Below, in pieces: positions 20,779-30,694 of a stretch of DNA of 64,000 nt. A model generated the notes under the pieces. It did not search any database. It was not told the DNA's origin and saw only the letters and a list, made by a program, of their open reading frames with translations. Numbering within the stretch: the first letter of the stretch is position 1; each line of letters starts with the position of its first letter. The DNA is from a bacterium. GTDB taxonomy: Bacteria > UBA10199 > 2-02-FULL-50-16 > JAJFLM01. The DNA lies in contig CBDCFN010000016.1 in NCBI GenBank assembly GCA_965216315.1, positions 2,240,001 through 2,304,000 of the forward strand. The letters run 5' to 3'. Position numbers and translations under genes: made by a program.

Positions 20779-21450
20779 TCAGATCCTCGGTGGAAAAGAC
20801 CATGGGGGTATCGGCTGGGGAGCATTCAAGGACGGCGGCTGGAAATTCTCGAAGGGGTGGAAAGCTGGTTCCTCTTCCTGTACCGGCACCTCATCAAAAG
20901 GGTTGTAAGTGGGATCTTCAATATCCGGGCCTTCGATGATCGGAATCTCGAGCGGAATCTCTATCGCAATCGTCGGTATATACTCGGGCAAGGCAATCAT
21001 CCCCAATTCAATTTCCTCGAAACGGATATTACCGAAATCAACAGCGGCTTCGCTCGGTTCAATCTTGATATAGGGAGAGAGTAGACTCATTTCTTTACCG
21101 AACATCAACGGAATGGCGGTGTCATTCCCCAGGGATAAATCGATCGTGTAGTACTCTCCCGTCCGAACGTAGAAACTAAACGAGCAGTCGGATTCTGTCA
21201 GGTAAGAACGCTCCTTGCCACTGAGGTCCGTCACGATGATCGGACCGGCCGAACAAGCCACTCCCCCGAGGCTCAGGCCCTGGAGCTCAACATCGTGGGC
21301 CCATGGCACAAATCCCGTGACCTGTCGGTATTCATCCGGTGGATTCCCAATCTCGCTGCCTCCTTGCAAGTCGAAGACTTGGGTCTCCCCCCCACATGCG
21401 ACCCCCAAACTAGCAATCAAAACCAATAAAATGAAAAATCGTTTACCCAC
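20779..21450 (-). CDS. Lipoprotein of the GNP-motif family
   Basis: Lipobox GVAC, then GGSEIGNP; DCSFSF.V..G.YY domain; overlaps the end of the TIGR02147 gene. Confidence 0.8.
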   Translation of the reverse strand: MGKRFFILLVLIASLGVACGGETQVFDLQGGSEIGNPPDEYRQVTGFVPWAHDVELQGLSLGGVACSAGPIIVTDLSGKERSYLTESDCSFSFYVRTGEYYTIDLSLGNDTAIPLMFGKEMSLLSPYIKIEPSEAAVDFGNIRFEEIELGMIALPEYIPTIAIEIPLEIPIIEGPDIEDPTYNPFDEVPVQEEEPAFHPFENFQPPSLNAPQPIPPWSFPPRI

Positions 21451-22306
21451 GCTGCGGCTCTCCTTCCATCTCCGTAAAAGGGATCATCTGAATTCCCAAA
21501 AACACGACGTCTTCCGGCTTATCGTCATCCGCAACCAATTGAAGAATTTCGCGTCGAAACTCCTGAATCTTCTGTTTGAGTTGTGGAAGTCGTTTACGTG
21601 CAATACCCAATGTTAAGGCGCTCACGTCGCGCTGTTCCTTTGCGATAGCGGGCAGGCGCTCTTTGACGATGCCCAACATATTTTGATGATATTGCATGGA
21701 GATCTTCGACACGGCATCCGCGCCTGTCGAGACGAGCGGCTCAGCCTGTTCCCAACGCAGTCGGCCGTTATCGTTTAAGCGTCTGATAAACCGCAGACGT
21801 TCCAATAACCGAATCGATTCAAGCACGGTTTTCTCGTCGACTGCGGGCACCAAACGTGAGGCAATATTCTTGAGAGACCCATCAAAGTCCGCAGCGACAA
21901 TGAGCTCGCGAATCACCGGATGATACCAGTGCGTCCAATATTCATAGTGATCGATAGAAAGCGGTTTCAGCTCATAATATTGACGGAGCTTCACGAGCTT
22001 GCGATAGTATTGTTTTTTGTGGCTCTCCGACTTGGCCTGATTGAAGCAGACGAGGGCACGAAAATAGTCCCTTTGCTGCCGGTCCAACTTTAAACCCTTG
22101 ATAAATTTATTGAGGCTGCCATCGGTAAGGTTGCGCTCCCCGTCCATGACACGCTTGTACATATTCGGGGACTGAAAACCCGCCAAGCGCGAAAACATCC
22201 GCAGCGAGAACCCAAAACTTGACTTCGCTTCCTCGTACCACGCGCGCAAAAAGGCGCGATAGTCCAGAAAGTCGAATGGACTTATATTGACTAAATTTTT
22301 CTCCAT
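21443..22306 (-). CDS. TIGR02147/DUF4423-family HTH protein, copy 1
   Basis: F..LDYR.FL..WY, FS.R.FS..AG..S, G.RNL, V.FNQAK, WYHPVIREL, RDVS.LTLGI, I.EFR.EI. Confidence 0.9.
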   Translation of the reverse strand: MEKNLVNISPFDFLDYRAFLRAWYEEAKSSFGFSLRMFSRLAGFQSPNMYKRVMDGERNLTDGSLNKFIKGLKLDRQQRDYFRALVCFNQAKSESHKKQYYRKLVKLRQYYELKPLSIDHYEYWTHWYHPVIRELIVAADFDGSLKNIASRLVPAVDEKTVLESIRLLERLRFIRRLNDNGRLRWEQAEPLVSTGADAVSKISMQYHQNMLGIVKERLPAIAKEQRDVSALTLGIARKRLPQLKQKIQEFRREILQLVADDDKPEDVVFLGIQMIPFTEMEGEPQRG

Positions 22307-22424
22307 AATGCACCCAGCCTTGATTAAAGGCTCTGTGCTTGTATCGACTGAAGTTCAAAATTGTACACGGTTTTTTTGACGAATCCTTGCGAATGCGCAT
22401 CCGCGCGGATTCACCTGGGGCAAC

Positions 22425-24500
22425 TTAGCGTTTTAGCAGCAAAGAACAGCCGCCTACACTACGCGCCTTCGGAACGGATGCATCCGAGGATGAATCCGGC
22501 GGATTGACCGTAACCACGTCATCCCCAGGTTGCGTAGATGGAACATTGTCTTCTTCCTCGCTGCTTGGAAACTGACTTTCCGAGCCGGCCTCGACCGGGG
22601 GCTCTTCCCCGTTGTCTTCTCCCGTCATCGAATCGGGAACCAAGCGCGTCGGGAGGCCCATGTTGCCATCAGACTTAGGATCCTGTGCTTCAGGAGTCGC
22701 CGCTCGACCTTGATCCGTGCCACGATCGCGACGTGTCGAATCCTGATCGCTCCGACGGTTCTGACTGGCAACGCGAACGTCGAAAGTCCGCGGCAGAGTC
22801 ATCGACTTAGTCCAGGCTTCCAGCTGCGCCTCGCTCAAATACTCGAGGACATCCTCCGTAAAACCCAGCGCATTTTTTAACGAATACGGCTGACTCACTG
22901 CTGAGATTAACAGGCTGTTACCGGTCATGGCCTTTTGAAACGCCACCATCGCGCGGTCATAATAAGCGCGTCGTTCATGGACATTGTGAATACCGTGCCA
23001 CGTAACCACCTCGGACCAGTCCCCGTGATAGACCTGAAACACGATGTTATCCGCCTGAAAATCCGCATCCTTTTCGGGAAGGAACGTTTTAAACTCAATA
23101 GGTCCTTTATTATCCGCCGCGACATCGATGCGTTGCGCTGCCAATAAATATTGCGGATTGTTATCCGTATCTGCCGCATACACCATGAGCGTCGCCGTCT
23201 TCACATTAAAGAACTGTTCTGGATTTAGTTTTCCGGAGACAAACCAGCCGAAAGACAGCGTGACCATCGACCTGGCTGGCGCCCTTGAATAGGCTGACGT
23301 CCGTCGGCACCGGCAACCTAAACTGGGACTCCATCCGTATCCGTAAATACGAAGTTGTCACCGTTCCCGCCCTGAAAACCGCCACGCGGCATGTAGACGT
23401 GCGGTCGATAGGCGTTACTCTTCACGCCGGCGGCATTATCCGTGAAATAATTATCAAGCAAGAGAAGGTTCCGCCCTTCAATCGCCGCTACCGAATTGTT
23501 CTGAAAATGAGAATCAACGATGACCGTATTGGCGGCCCAGATACCGACTTCGTTGTTCGTCACGCTAACGTGACTAAGAATGACCACTTTGATCACTGAG
23601 CACGCAGATACCGTACTTAAAACCCGAGACCTTAAAACCGGTATAGAGCCCCGGACCGGTAATCACCACACCACACTCTTTACCGAATAATTGATTGTAA
23701 GGAGTGGGATAGCCCTTGCCTTCGGATTGCACGATGCCCGGCGGCAACTGATAGTCCGCTGCTTTGACAAATTCATAGGGTCGCGTCTGAATCCGTCCCG
23801 TGGCATCGCGCTCGTGCGAGAACTCCACACGCGGCCAATGAGCATCTGTCTCAAAAAGCTGCAAGTTTTGCGCATGAGTCACATTATCCCCATGTAATAC
23901 AATGCTGTCCGGACCAAACACCGCTACAGGGCTAAACATTAGAAAGGGTTTTGATAGGGATAAAGTCCTGGATTCCCCCTCATCACTTGCAAAACGAAGA
24001 GTGATACTGTGGAGACGTTGCTTTTCCTGACTCCATTCCGGTGAATTACTTGCATCCAATCCGAAGGTAACTCCCGGCGTATGTTGGAGCCAATTCGGTC
24101 CTGAAAGCTGCATGGCATCCGGAGTCCAGTGTTTAGCAAAGTGCCATTCGGGAGGAATGTCTTCATAACCAATCGTCTCCGTCATTCCATAAATAACGGA
24201 TCCGTATTGCTGGGCGATACCATGCTTACAAGCGGCGTCGTATTTCGAACACGCCGCGTCGGCAATTTTTTGTCGAATATTATATCGTGCTGGTTCCGCC
24301 TGCTTATTAAAATAAAAAACCTTTTGCAGATAAGAAACATCATGGACCGTTATCGGCCAGTCAGCCCCGACAAGATCCACACACTGCCCGGTCGATTCAC
24401 AACTCAGCCATTCTCCGTATTCATCCAGATAGGCCTCGGCCTGCGCCGTCACCAGACTGCACAGGGCCGCTACAATTGATAAAGTGATAAATCGTCTCAT
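22425..24500 (-). pseudogene. One ~690-aa secreted beta-helix protein with GGCSL tail, split by about three +1 frameshifts (ORFs 23574-24500, 23318-23596, 22425-23267)
   Basis: First and last ORFs share a frame; removing one A at ~23589 restores alignment to paralogue 24497-26161; may be sequencing error. Confidence 0.7.
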
Positions 24501-26161
24501 CGTCCACTCCGGTCTGGTCTTTGCAACCGGTTCTTAATCCGCTTGGGTTTCGGCACCGGCACAAACTGACGTGCTGCATCCGCACCAGCCCGCTTTAGTT
24601 CAGTCTGGGGCGCCGCCGGCTGGAGAGGAACCCACTGGAAGTCAGGCGCCTGAAGATTCGCCATCGCCTCTAGTTCTGCCGCGGTAAAGACCGCTACCGG
24701 AATACCGATCGCATAGCTGCGAGGCAATTCATCAACACTCATAAATTCTCTAATCGCCAGGGCCTCCCACGGTTGAGGGCCCAACGGGCTATCAATTGAT
24801 GCCGCAATAAGATGGAGCGGCAGTTCTTTCGAAGCGATGGGACCACTAAAGGCCTGTTCCAGGACCAGGCTGTTACTCTCCGGGATACTATAGAAATCAG
24901 CACTGCCCAGCATGTTTAGTTCCAACCAGCTTTGAGCCACGCCTCCTTGATAAAGACTCGCGTAGACCCCGTGCATGCTCCAACCGGATTCCTGCTTGGG
25001 TTCATTATAGAGGGCGAGTTTCGAATCAGCGCCATCGGAAACAAGCACGGCGCTTTTGAGCAGAAAATCTTCATCGTCCACCCAACCTTGGGGCATTCCC
25101 TTGACCATGTTTCCGGAAAACCAATTCCCTAACAAAAATAAATGCGGCTTCGCGCTCGCACTCAATTCAAAAGTATCACTGTCCTCAAACTGCGAACGCG
25201 CAACAAACAAGGGCGCTTCATCCAGGACCTGCATATGGCTCTCCGCGTTATTCGTAAAGCGGGACTGATTGATGAGTCCACTTGCGACTGCATCACCCAT
25301 CCGCTTAAACCTCACGCCAATCCCGTTGCCGCTAATCGACATGCGGCTCAAGAGAACCTGGCCACCCTCGACGCAGATTCCCACGGGAAAGCCGCTGACA
25401 ATAAAGCGCTTGAGGACGACCGGATGTGCCGATTTGATAATGATCCCGCATTCGCCGGAGAATTCGGGCGCCGGTTTGATCCTCACCGACCACGGTTGGT
25501 TGGGGGCATCAAGCACACTGGAATCCGCCATCCCTAACAAGGCGTCGCCGCGCATGATCAATGGATAATTATTTTGACCTAAGGCGGCGTAGTTATTCCA
25601 AATACCTCCACTGTTTACATTCGGATTGATCACGAGCGGCTCCTTAATCGCAATATCCATGAAGGGCTTAGGACCAATATCTTCTTGATACTTCTTTGGA
25701 GAAAACTGGGGATGATAGTCCGCCGGTGGCTCCGGCAACAATTGAATCGTCGTGGAGGTATAATAAGGGAGTGGCAGACCCCACGCAGCCGGTTCTTCCA
25801 TCATACCGGCCAAATACCACTCCGGTTCTGAATTCGGCCGTACACAAGCAGCGGCGTCTTTTTGATTAATGATCTGCTGTTCAAAGGCGTTACTCCCCTG
25901 CGGCCAGCTGGCTTGTGCCTGGTATTGATCATTAATATTCTGTCCGTCGTCCGCCAGCATCTTCATGATCTTAACGAGATGAGCGCCCATGTCCGCCTGT
26001 GACGGATCAACGGTACAGCTGATCAATTTTTCGCATTCTTCGTAATTAGGACAAGACCAGCCCTCGCCGGCCATCTGGGCCTGGGCCGCTGGGGAAAAAC
26101 TAAACAAGCCAACCACGATCCCGGCAAAGAGATAAATTTTCCGTGAAAATAAAATAGCCAT
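24497..26161 (-). CDS. Secreted protein with short right-handed beta-helix region
   Basis: Signal peptide ending AQA; VSGFPVGICV...ISGNGIGV...FTNN pattern. Confidence 0.75.
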   Translation of the reverse strand: MAILFSRKIYLFAGIVVGLFSFSPAAQAQMAGEGWSCPNYEECEKLISCTVDPSQADMGAHLVKIMKMLADDGQNINDQYQAQASWPQGSNAFEQQIINQKDAAACVRPNSEPEWYLAGMMEEPAAWGLPLPYYTSTTIQLLPEPPADYHPQFSPKKYQEDIGPKPFMDIAIKEPLVINPNVNSGGIWNNYAALGQNNYPLIMRGDALLGMADSSVLDAPNQPWSVRIKPAPEFSGECGIIIKSAHPVVLKRFIVSGFPVGICVEGGQVLLSRMSISGNGIGVRFKRMGDAVASGLINQSRFTNNAESHMQVLDEAPLFVARSQFEDSDTFELSASAKPHLFLLGNWFSGNMVKGMPQGWVDDEDFLLKSAVLVSDGADSKLALYNEPKQESGWSMHGVYASLYQGGVAQSWLELNMLGSADFYSIPESNSLVLEQAFSGPIASKELPLHLIAASIDSPLGPQPWEALAIREFMSVDELPRSYAIGIPVAVFTAAELEAMANLQAPDFQWVPLQPAAPQTELKRAGADAARQFVPVPKPKRIKNRLQRPDRSGR

Positions 26162-26230
26162 GATGTCCTGTCCTTTCGCTCTCAGGCGGTTAAAATAAGC
26201 GCGGCTCCCTGCCGCCTGGGACGAGATATA

Positions 26231-26247
26231 TGCAAGCCGGATGCCAA
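26231..26247 (-). promoter_or_regulatory. Sigma54 -24/-12 promoter for the 26161->22425 operon
   Basis: Minus strand reads TTGGCATCCGGCTTGCA. Confidence 0.75.
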
Positions 26248-26341
26248 GAAGAGCAAAGGGGCAAAAGAGCTAAAATTCTAATAATAACAAATATTTGTAT
26301 ACTTATTATTTTTATAACTGCCTAAAAATACTAGATATTAT

Positions 26342-26378
26342 GGTGATGGTAGTCACCATAATGGTGACTATTGTCTAT
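26342..26378. promoter_or_regulatory. Tandem palindromic sites GGTGAT-GGTA-GTCACC and GGTGAC-TATT-GTCTAT
   Basis: Together they also form the perfect inverted repeat TAGTCACCAT-A-ATGGTGACTA; ~100 bp upstream of the sigma54 promoter. Confidence 0.55.
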
Positions 26379-26402
26379 TTTTGAATACGAATTATTGGCC
26401 AT

Positions 26403-26439
26403 AAAAAAGGGGCGGTTCTGTAAAGAACCGCCCCTTTTT
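26403..26439 (-). terminator. Intrinsic (possibly bidirectional) terminator after the surface-protein array
   Basis: AAAAAAGGGGCGGTTCT-GTA-AAGAACCGCCCCTTTTT. Confidence 0.9.
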
Positions 26440-26461
26440 CTCAGTAAAGTTCTTTATTGGC

Positions 26462-28276
26462 CTATCTTATTAAACTGCAGCCACCACCAGTCCCAGTCGA
26501 GGTCGTCTCATCCGTGCAATCCGCCGCACAGCCATCGCCGTCATCGGTGTTGCCGTCATCGCATTCTTCGCTGGCATCAACGGTCCCGTCGCCACAGACG
26601 GCCTCCGTTCCGCAGGTGGAGCTACAACCGTCCCCATCGGTCGCGTTACCATCGTCGCACTCTTCACCAGAGTCGACGACGCCGTCACCGCAAAAGGCTT
26701 CAATGCAATTAGTGCGGCAGGCATCGGCCGCGGTATCACTGTTAACGCTTCCATCATCGCAGTCTTCGACATCGGCCTGAATGACCCCGTCACCGCACGT
26801 CGTCGACACACAAGTGTCTAGACACGCATCACCGTTATCGGCATTGCCGTCATCGCAGCCCTCACCGGTATCCGTAACCCCGTCACCGCAAGATGGGTTT
26901 TCACAACTGGTTCGACACGCATCGGGTTCGGTATCGCTGTTGTTGGCTCCGTTGTCGCACTCTTCCGTCGTATCGACAGTCCCGTCACCACACGGACCAA
27001 CCTCGACGGCACCGATGTCGCACGTGCTGGTCCCGTCATTATCGCCATCTTGAGAACGGTCGCTCCCTCGCTGATCCTCCGTCAGGTCCGCGTTGGTTTC
27101 ATCCTTACATCCGCCCGGGTTGCCGGCATCAATGACCGGGCTGTCCTTGAGTGGCCCCAGGGTCAGGGTCGGACCGCCGTTATCCGCTAAGGCGGCCTGC
27201 AAGAGCGGATCCTCTCCGGTGATGTGGTTCGACGTCGCACCACCGAAAGTACAACCGTTGATGTCTTCAAGCAGATTGTAATCATTCGAGGTCAGGGTCG
27301 TGGCGGAACCTTCATCCTTACAATCGGCCGCGGCACCATCCCCGTCCTCATTGACTTCTTCATCGACATTGTCGGCAATAATCGTATTCGCGATCGTCAG
27401 CTCGACTCCCAATGTCCCCCCAAAGGAGATACCGCCGCCATCACCCTGTTCTGTATTGTTGCCCGCCAGGGTCACGCTAAAAAGGTTTGCGTCCACATTA
27501 AAAAAGAAAATACCGCCACCATTATTCAGAGCACTGTTTCCGGCGATGGTGGAATTAACGATATCCACATCGACCGTCGTCCCCACACCTTTGATGTTTA
27601 AACCACCACCCGTGTCCCAAGTCGTTTCATTGCCCGAAATCGTGGAATTCTCGATGAAAACACTCGGTGTCCCGGTGGTCTCATAGACATTGACACCGGC
27701 GCCGCCGGCCCCCGACACACTATTATTGCTGATGGTCGAATTACTGATGATAAGCGCATTCCCTCTGAAATCGATTCCGCCACCACCCCCCTGGCCATGA
27801 TTCTCGGTAATAACCGAATTTTGAACCGTTAGTGAATCCGTTGCATCCACCCGAACACAGACTCCATACGAAGTTGTCGTGGACCCTGTTAGGGTCAGAC
27901 CATCAACAAGAAAAGTCTTACTATTGTCCCCGCTATCAAAAAGGAAAACGCGTCTCGGACCATCAGCATCAATGGTGAGCTGCGACGCACCGGGACCCAG
28001 GATGTCGACCGACTCGGTAATGGCCGGCAAGGCACTGGTCAGCTTGATCGTCCCGCTCACATTGGTCAGATTGATCTCATCGCCCACCGGATTGGCATTG
28101 GCCGCCGCAATGGCATCGCGGAGCGAACAGTCGTTCGTCCCATCACAGGTAGCGGCACAATCCGCTCCACTAGCAGCGACGTCACTGGTATCATCGACGC
28201 AATAAGTCTTGGCTATCGCCGCCGAAGCCGTCGCACTCGTGAACAAGTATAAGAAAACGACAATAAACCGTGACAT
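26462..28276 (-). CDS. Secreted CSLREA/beta-helix (choice-of-anchor Q-like) protein with myxobacterial Cys-rich repeats and GGGCSLIR tail
   Basis: CSLRDAI..AN, LADNGGPT, DQRG..R, CDIGAVE, CGDG...GEECDDGN repeats; GGAGG before ATG 28276. Confidence 0.9.
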   Translation of the reverse strand: MSRFIVVFLYLFTSATASAAIAKTYCVDDTSDVAASGADCAATCDGTNDCSLRDAIAAANANPVGDEINLTNVSGTIKLTSALPAITESVDILGPGASQLTIDADGPRRVFLFDSGDNSKTFLVDGLTLTGSTTTSYGVCVRVDATDSLTVQNSVITENHGQGGGGGIDFRGNALIISNSTISNNSVSGAGGAGVNVYETTGTPSVFIENSTISGNETTWDTGGGLNIKGVGTTVDVDIVNSTIAGNSALNNGGGIFFFNVDANLFSVTLAGNNTEQGDGGGISFGGTLGVELTIANTIIADNVDEEVNEDGDGAAADCKDEGSATTLTSNDYNLLEDINGCTFGGATSNHITGEDPLLQAALADNGGPTLTLGPLKDSPVIDAGNPGGCKDETNADLTEDQRGSDRSQDGDNDGTSTCDIGAVEVGPCGDGTVDTTEECDNGANNSDTEPDACRTSCENPSCGDGVTDTGEGCDDGNADNGDACLDTCVSTTCGDGVIQADVEDCDDGSVNSDTAADACRTNCIEAFCGDGVVDSGEECDDGNATDGDGCSSTCGTEAVCGDGTVDASEECDDGNTDDGDGCAADCTDETTSTGTGGGCSLIR

Positions 28277-28315
28277 ACGCACCTCCATAAACCCGCCAAT
28301 TTTTTAGTTCCGCCA

Positions 28316-30628
28316 TTACCGAATCAACGAACACCCGCCGCCGCTGCTAGACGCCGATACGACAATGGTTTGGTTAAACGAACCACTTCCATCGGTACCA
28401 CAATCGACATCAACCGTAATCTGACCGGTCCCTGCCGAACCGGCGGTTAGAATTGTCGTACAAGCGGTGTCATCGGAATAGTTACCGCGCTCTGAAGGAG
28501 TGATCGACCAGCTACAATCACATGTATCGGGCAAATTTTGCGCTAACACGAAAGCCGTTGGCCCCCCACACGTCGCATCCGGCGCATTCAAGGTAACCTG
28601 CTGACCTTCAGTTAACTGAACGAAGTCAACATCCGGGTTGGAGCAGGCCAAGTCGTCTTCCTGTTCGATATTGCAAACATCCGAGCACCCGTCACCGGCA
28701 GTCGTGTTACCGTCATCGCAGTCCTCTCCGCTGTCAACGGTGCCGTCACCACAGACACCGACGCCACCACCGCCATTCTCGTCCGTGCAGTCCGCTGCGC
28801 AACCATCCCCATCTATTGCATTACCGTCATCACATTCTTCACCAGCTTGTAGAACACCGTCACCACAGGCGGTTGCTCCCTCGTTCGTGCAATTCTCTGC
28901 GCAACCGTCACCACTCGTATTATTCCCGTCATCGCATTCCTCACCGGCATCCAAGTTGCCGTCTCCGCAATTGGCCGGCACTTCAAACTGACAGGACGCA
29001 TCGCAACCATCATCGGGATCGTTATTGCCGTCATCGCACTCTTCGCCGGCAGTCATATTAGTTACACTGTCGCCACAAGAAGAACTGGTACAATCGGCAT
29101 TACAGGTGGCTGATTCACCCCCGTCGTCGCAATCCTCTCCCTCGCCAGGCTCCACCACGCTGTTACCACAACCTGGGGCGACAAAAAATTGCCCGTAGAT
29201 TTCAAGCTCGTCTATGGCGAGACCCGCATCGGCATCATCATCGCCTTCCCAGGTGATCAAAAAAAGATTTTCCGTCGTACTGGCACCAATGGCCGGATCG
29301 TTGGCAGCATAATTCGTATCTGTTACCGTATTCCCCATGCTGCTCAACAGGAAGTCGGATTCGAGCTCAGAGCCCGATGATGAAATGCGCTGACCAAATA
29401 TTTCGAAAGCATTATCGGCACCTGTATCATCGTCATCGGCCCGCCAAATGACAAGATATTCATTTGCCGTCGCATTGTGTGAGACTCGCGGAGCCGTTGC
29501 ATCATAAGTTCCGTCATTATCACTGCTCCCCATATCACTAATGCGAAAATCCGACAGTAAAGGTGTCCCGTCATTACCTACCCGACGGCCGAAAATTTCA
29601 TTTTCATTATCAGCCAGACCCGTATCATCGTCATCGCCATACCAGACGACAAGGTACTGATTATCTGTTGAGTTATAAGCCACATCCGGTGAGCGCGCCT
29701 GACGGTTAGCGTCGCTGTCCATGTTACCCATGCTGCTAATACGAAATTCGGAACCATCTTCCGTTCCGTTCGCATTGACAAGCTGACCAAAAATCTCAAA
29801 AGCATTGTCACCACCGGTCGACTCGTCATCACCCTCCCAAACCACTAGGAACTGATTTTCTGTCGCGTTATAGGTAACCGCCGTATTGACTGCATCGAAA
29901 GCTGTATCCGCATTGGTATTTCCCATGTCACTCAGTCGAAGTTGCGAACCCTCCAATGAACCGTCTGTCGCATCAATGCGGCGTCCAAATATTTCCTGGG
30001 CGCCATCAACCGTCGTGCCATTATCATCCGCCTGCCAAACCACAAAGTATTCGTTACTAGTCGAATTGTATGCGATATCTGGATTATCCGCCCGGTAGTT
30101 GGCATCATTATCAGGACCCATCGTACTGATCCGAAAATCAGTTACGTCCGGAGTCCCATCGGCATTAATTATCTCACCATAGATCTCGAATTCATTATCG
30201 GCCAGCGATCCCGAGTCGGCATCACCACGCCAGACAACAAGGTACTGATTTTCTGTAGAACTATAGGCGACCGCAGGTGATACACCGTCATCATTGGCAT
30301 CTCCATCACCATCCATCTGGCTAATACGAAAGCGTGATCCAAGTGGATCCAGGGTATCCGCATCGTAGCGCTGTCCATAAATTTCGAGTTCGTTATCAAC
30401 TATCGAACCGTCGTCTTCATCTCCCTGCCAGACGACTAGAAATTCATTATCAGTAGAATTATAAGCCACGGCCGGATCCTGAGCATCAAAATTAGCATCC
30501 CCATCCGTATCCATAACGCTAATCCGAAAGTCATCCGTCCCGATCTCTGGAGCATAGACCAACATAGACACCAGACTCACAACTATAAACACCATTACAA
30601 CGGAAAAATTGCGTAATGCGTTAAACAT
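28316..30628 (-). CDS. Secreted acidic repeat protein (probable beta-propeller) with Cys-rich repeats and GGGCSLIR tail
   Basis: About seven repeats FRIS.MG...P.VAYN.T.N.YLVVW.GD...EI.G; CGDG/ECDDGN repeats. Confidence 0.85.
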   Translation of the reverse strand: MFNALRNFSVVMVFIVVSLVSMLVYAPEIGTDDFRISVMDTDGDANFDAQDPAVAYNSTDNEFLVVWQGDEDDGSIVDNELEIYGQRYDADTLDPLGSRFRISQMDGDGDANDDGVSPAVAYSSTENQYLVVWRGDADSGSLADNEFEIYGEIINADGTPDVTDFRISTMGPDNDANYRADNPDIAYNSTSNEYFVVWQADDNGTTVDGAQEIFGRRIDATDGSLEGSQLRLSDMGNTNADTAFDAVNTAVTYNATENQFLVVWEGDDESTGGDNAFEIFGQLVNANGTEDGSEFRISSMGNMDSDANRQARSPDVAYNSTDNQYLVVWYGDDDDTGLADNENEIFGRRVGNDGTPLLSDFRISDMGSSDNDGTYDATAPRVSHNATANEYLVIWRADDDDTGADNAFEIFGQRISSSGSELESDFLLSSMGNTVTDTNYAANDPAIGASTTENLFLITWEGDDDADAGLAIDELEIYGQFFVAPGCGNSVVEPGEGEDCDDGGESATCNADCTSSSCGDSVTNMTAGEECDDGNNDPDDGCDASCQFEVPANCGDGNLDAGEECDDGNNTSGDGCAENCTNEGATACGDGVLQAGEECDDGNAIDGDGCAADCTDENGGGGVGVCGDGTVDSGEDCDDGNTTAGDGCSDVCNIEQEDDLACSNPDVDFVQLTEGQQVTLNAPDATCGGPTAFVLAQNLPDTCDCSWSITPSERGNYSDDTACTTILTAGSAGTGQITVDVDCGTDGSGSFNQTIVVSASSSGGGCSLIR

Positions 30629-30694
30629 ATACCATCTCCCCCTTATTTAATGTACGACTCAGCATTGACGTCTCTCTCATTCCAACTCCATGGA

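Noticed and set aside
22341..22368. Promoter/operator pair upstream of TIGR02147 copy 1
   Set aside because: Only a weak -10 (TCGATAC), no properly spaced -35 and a single GTACAC half-site; not counted.
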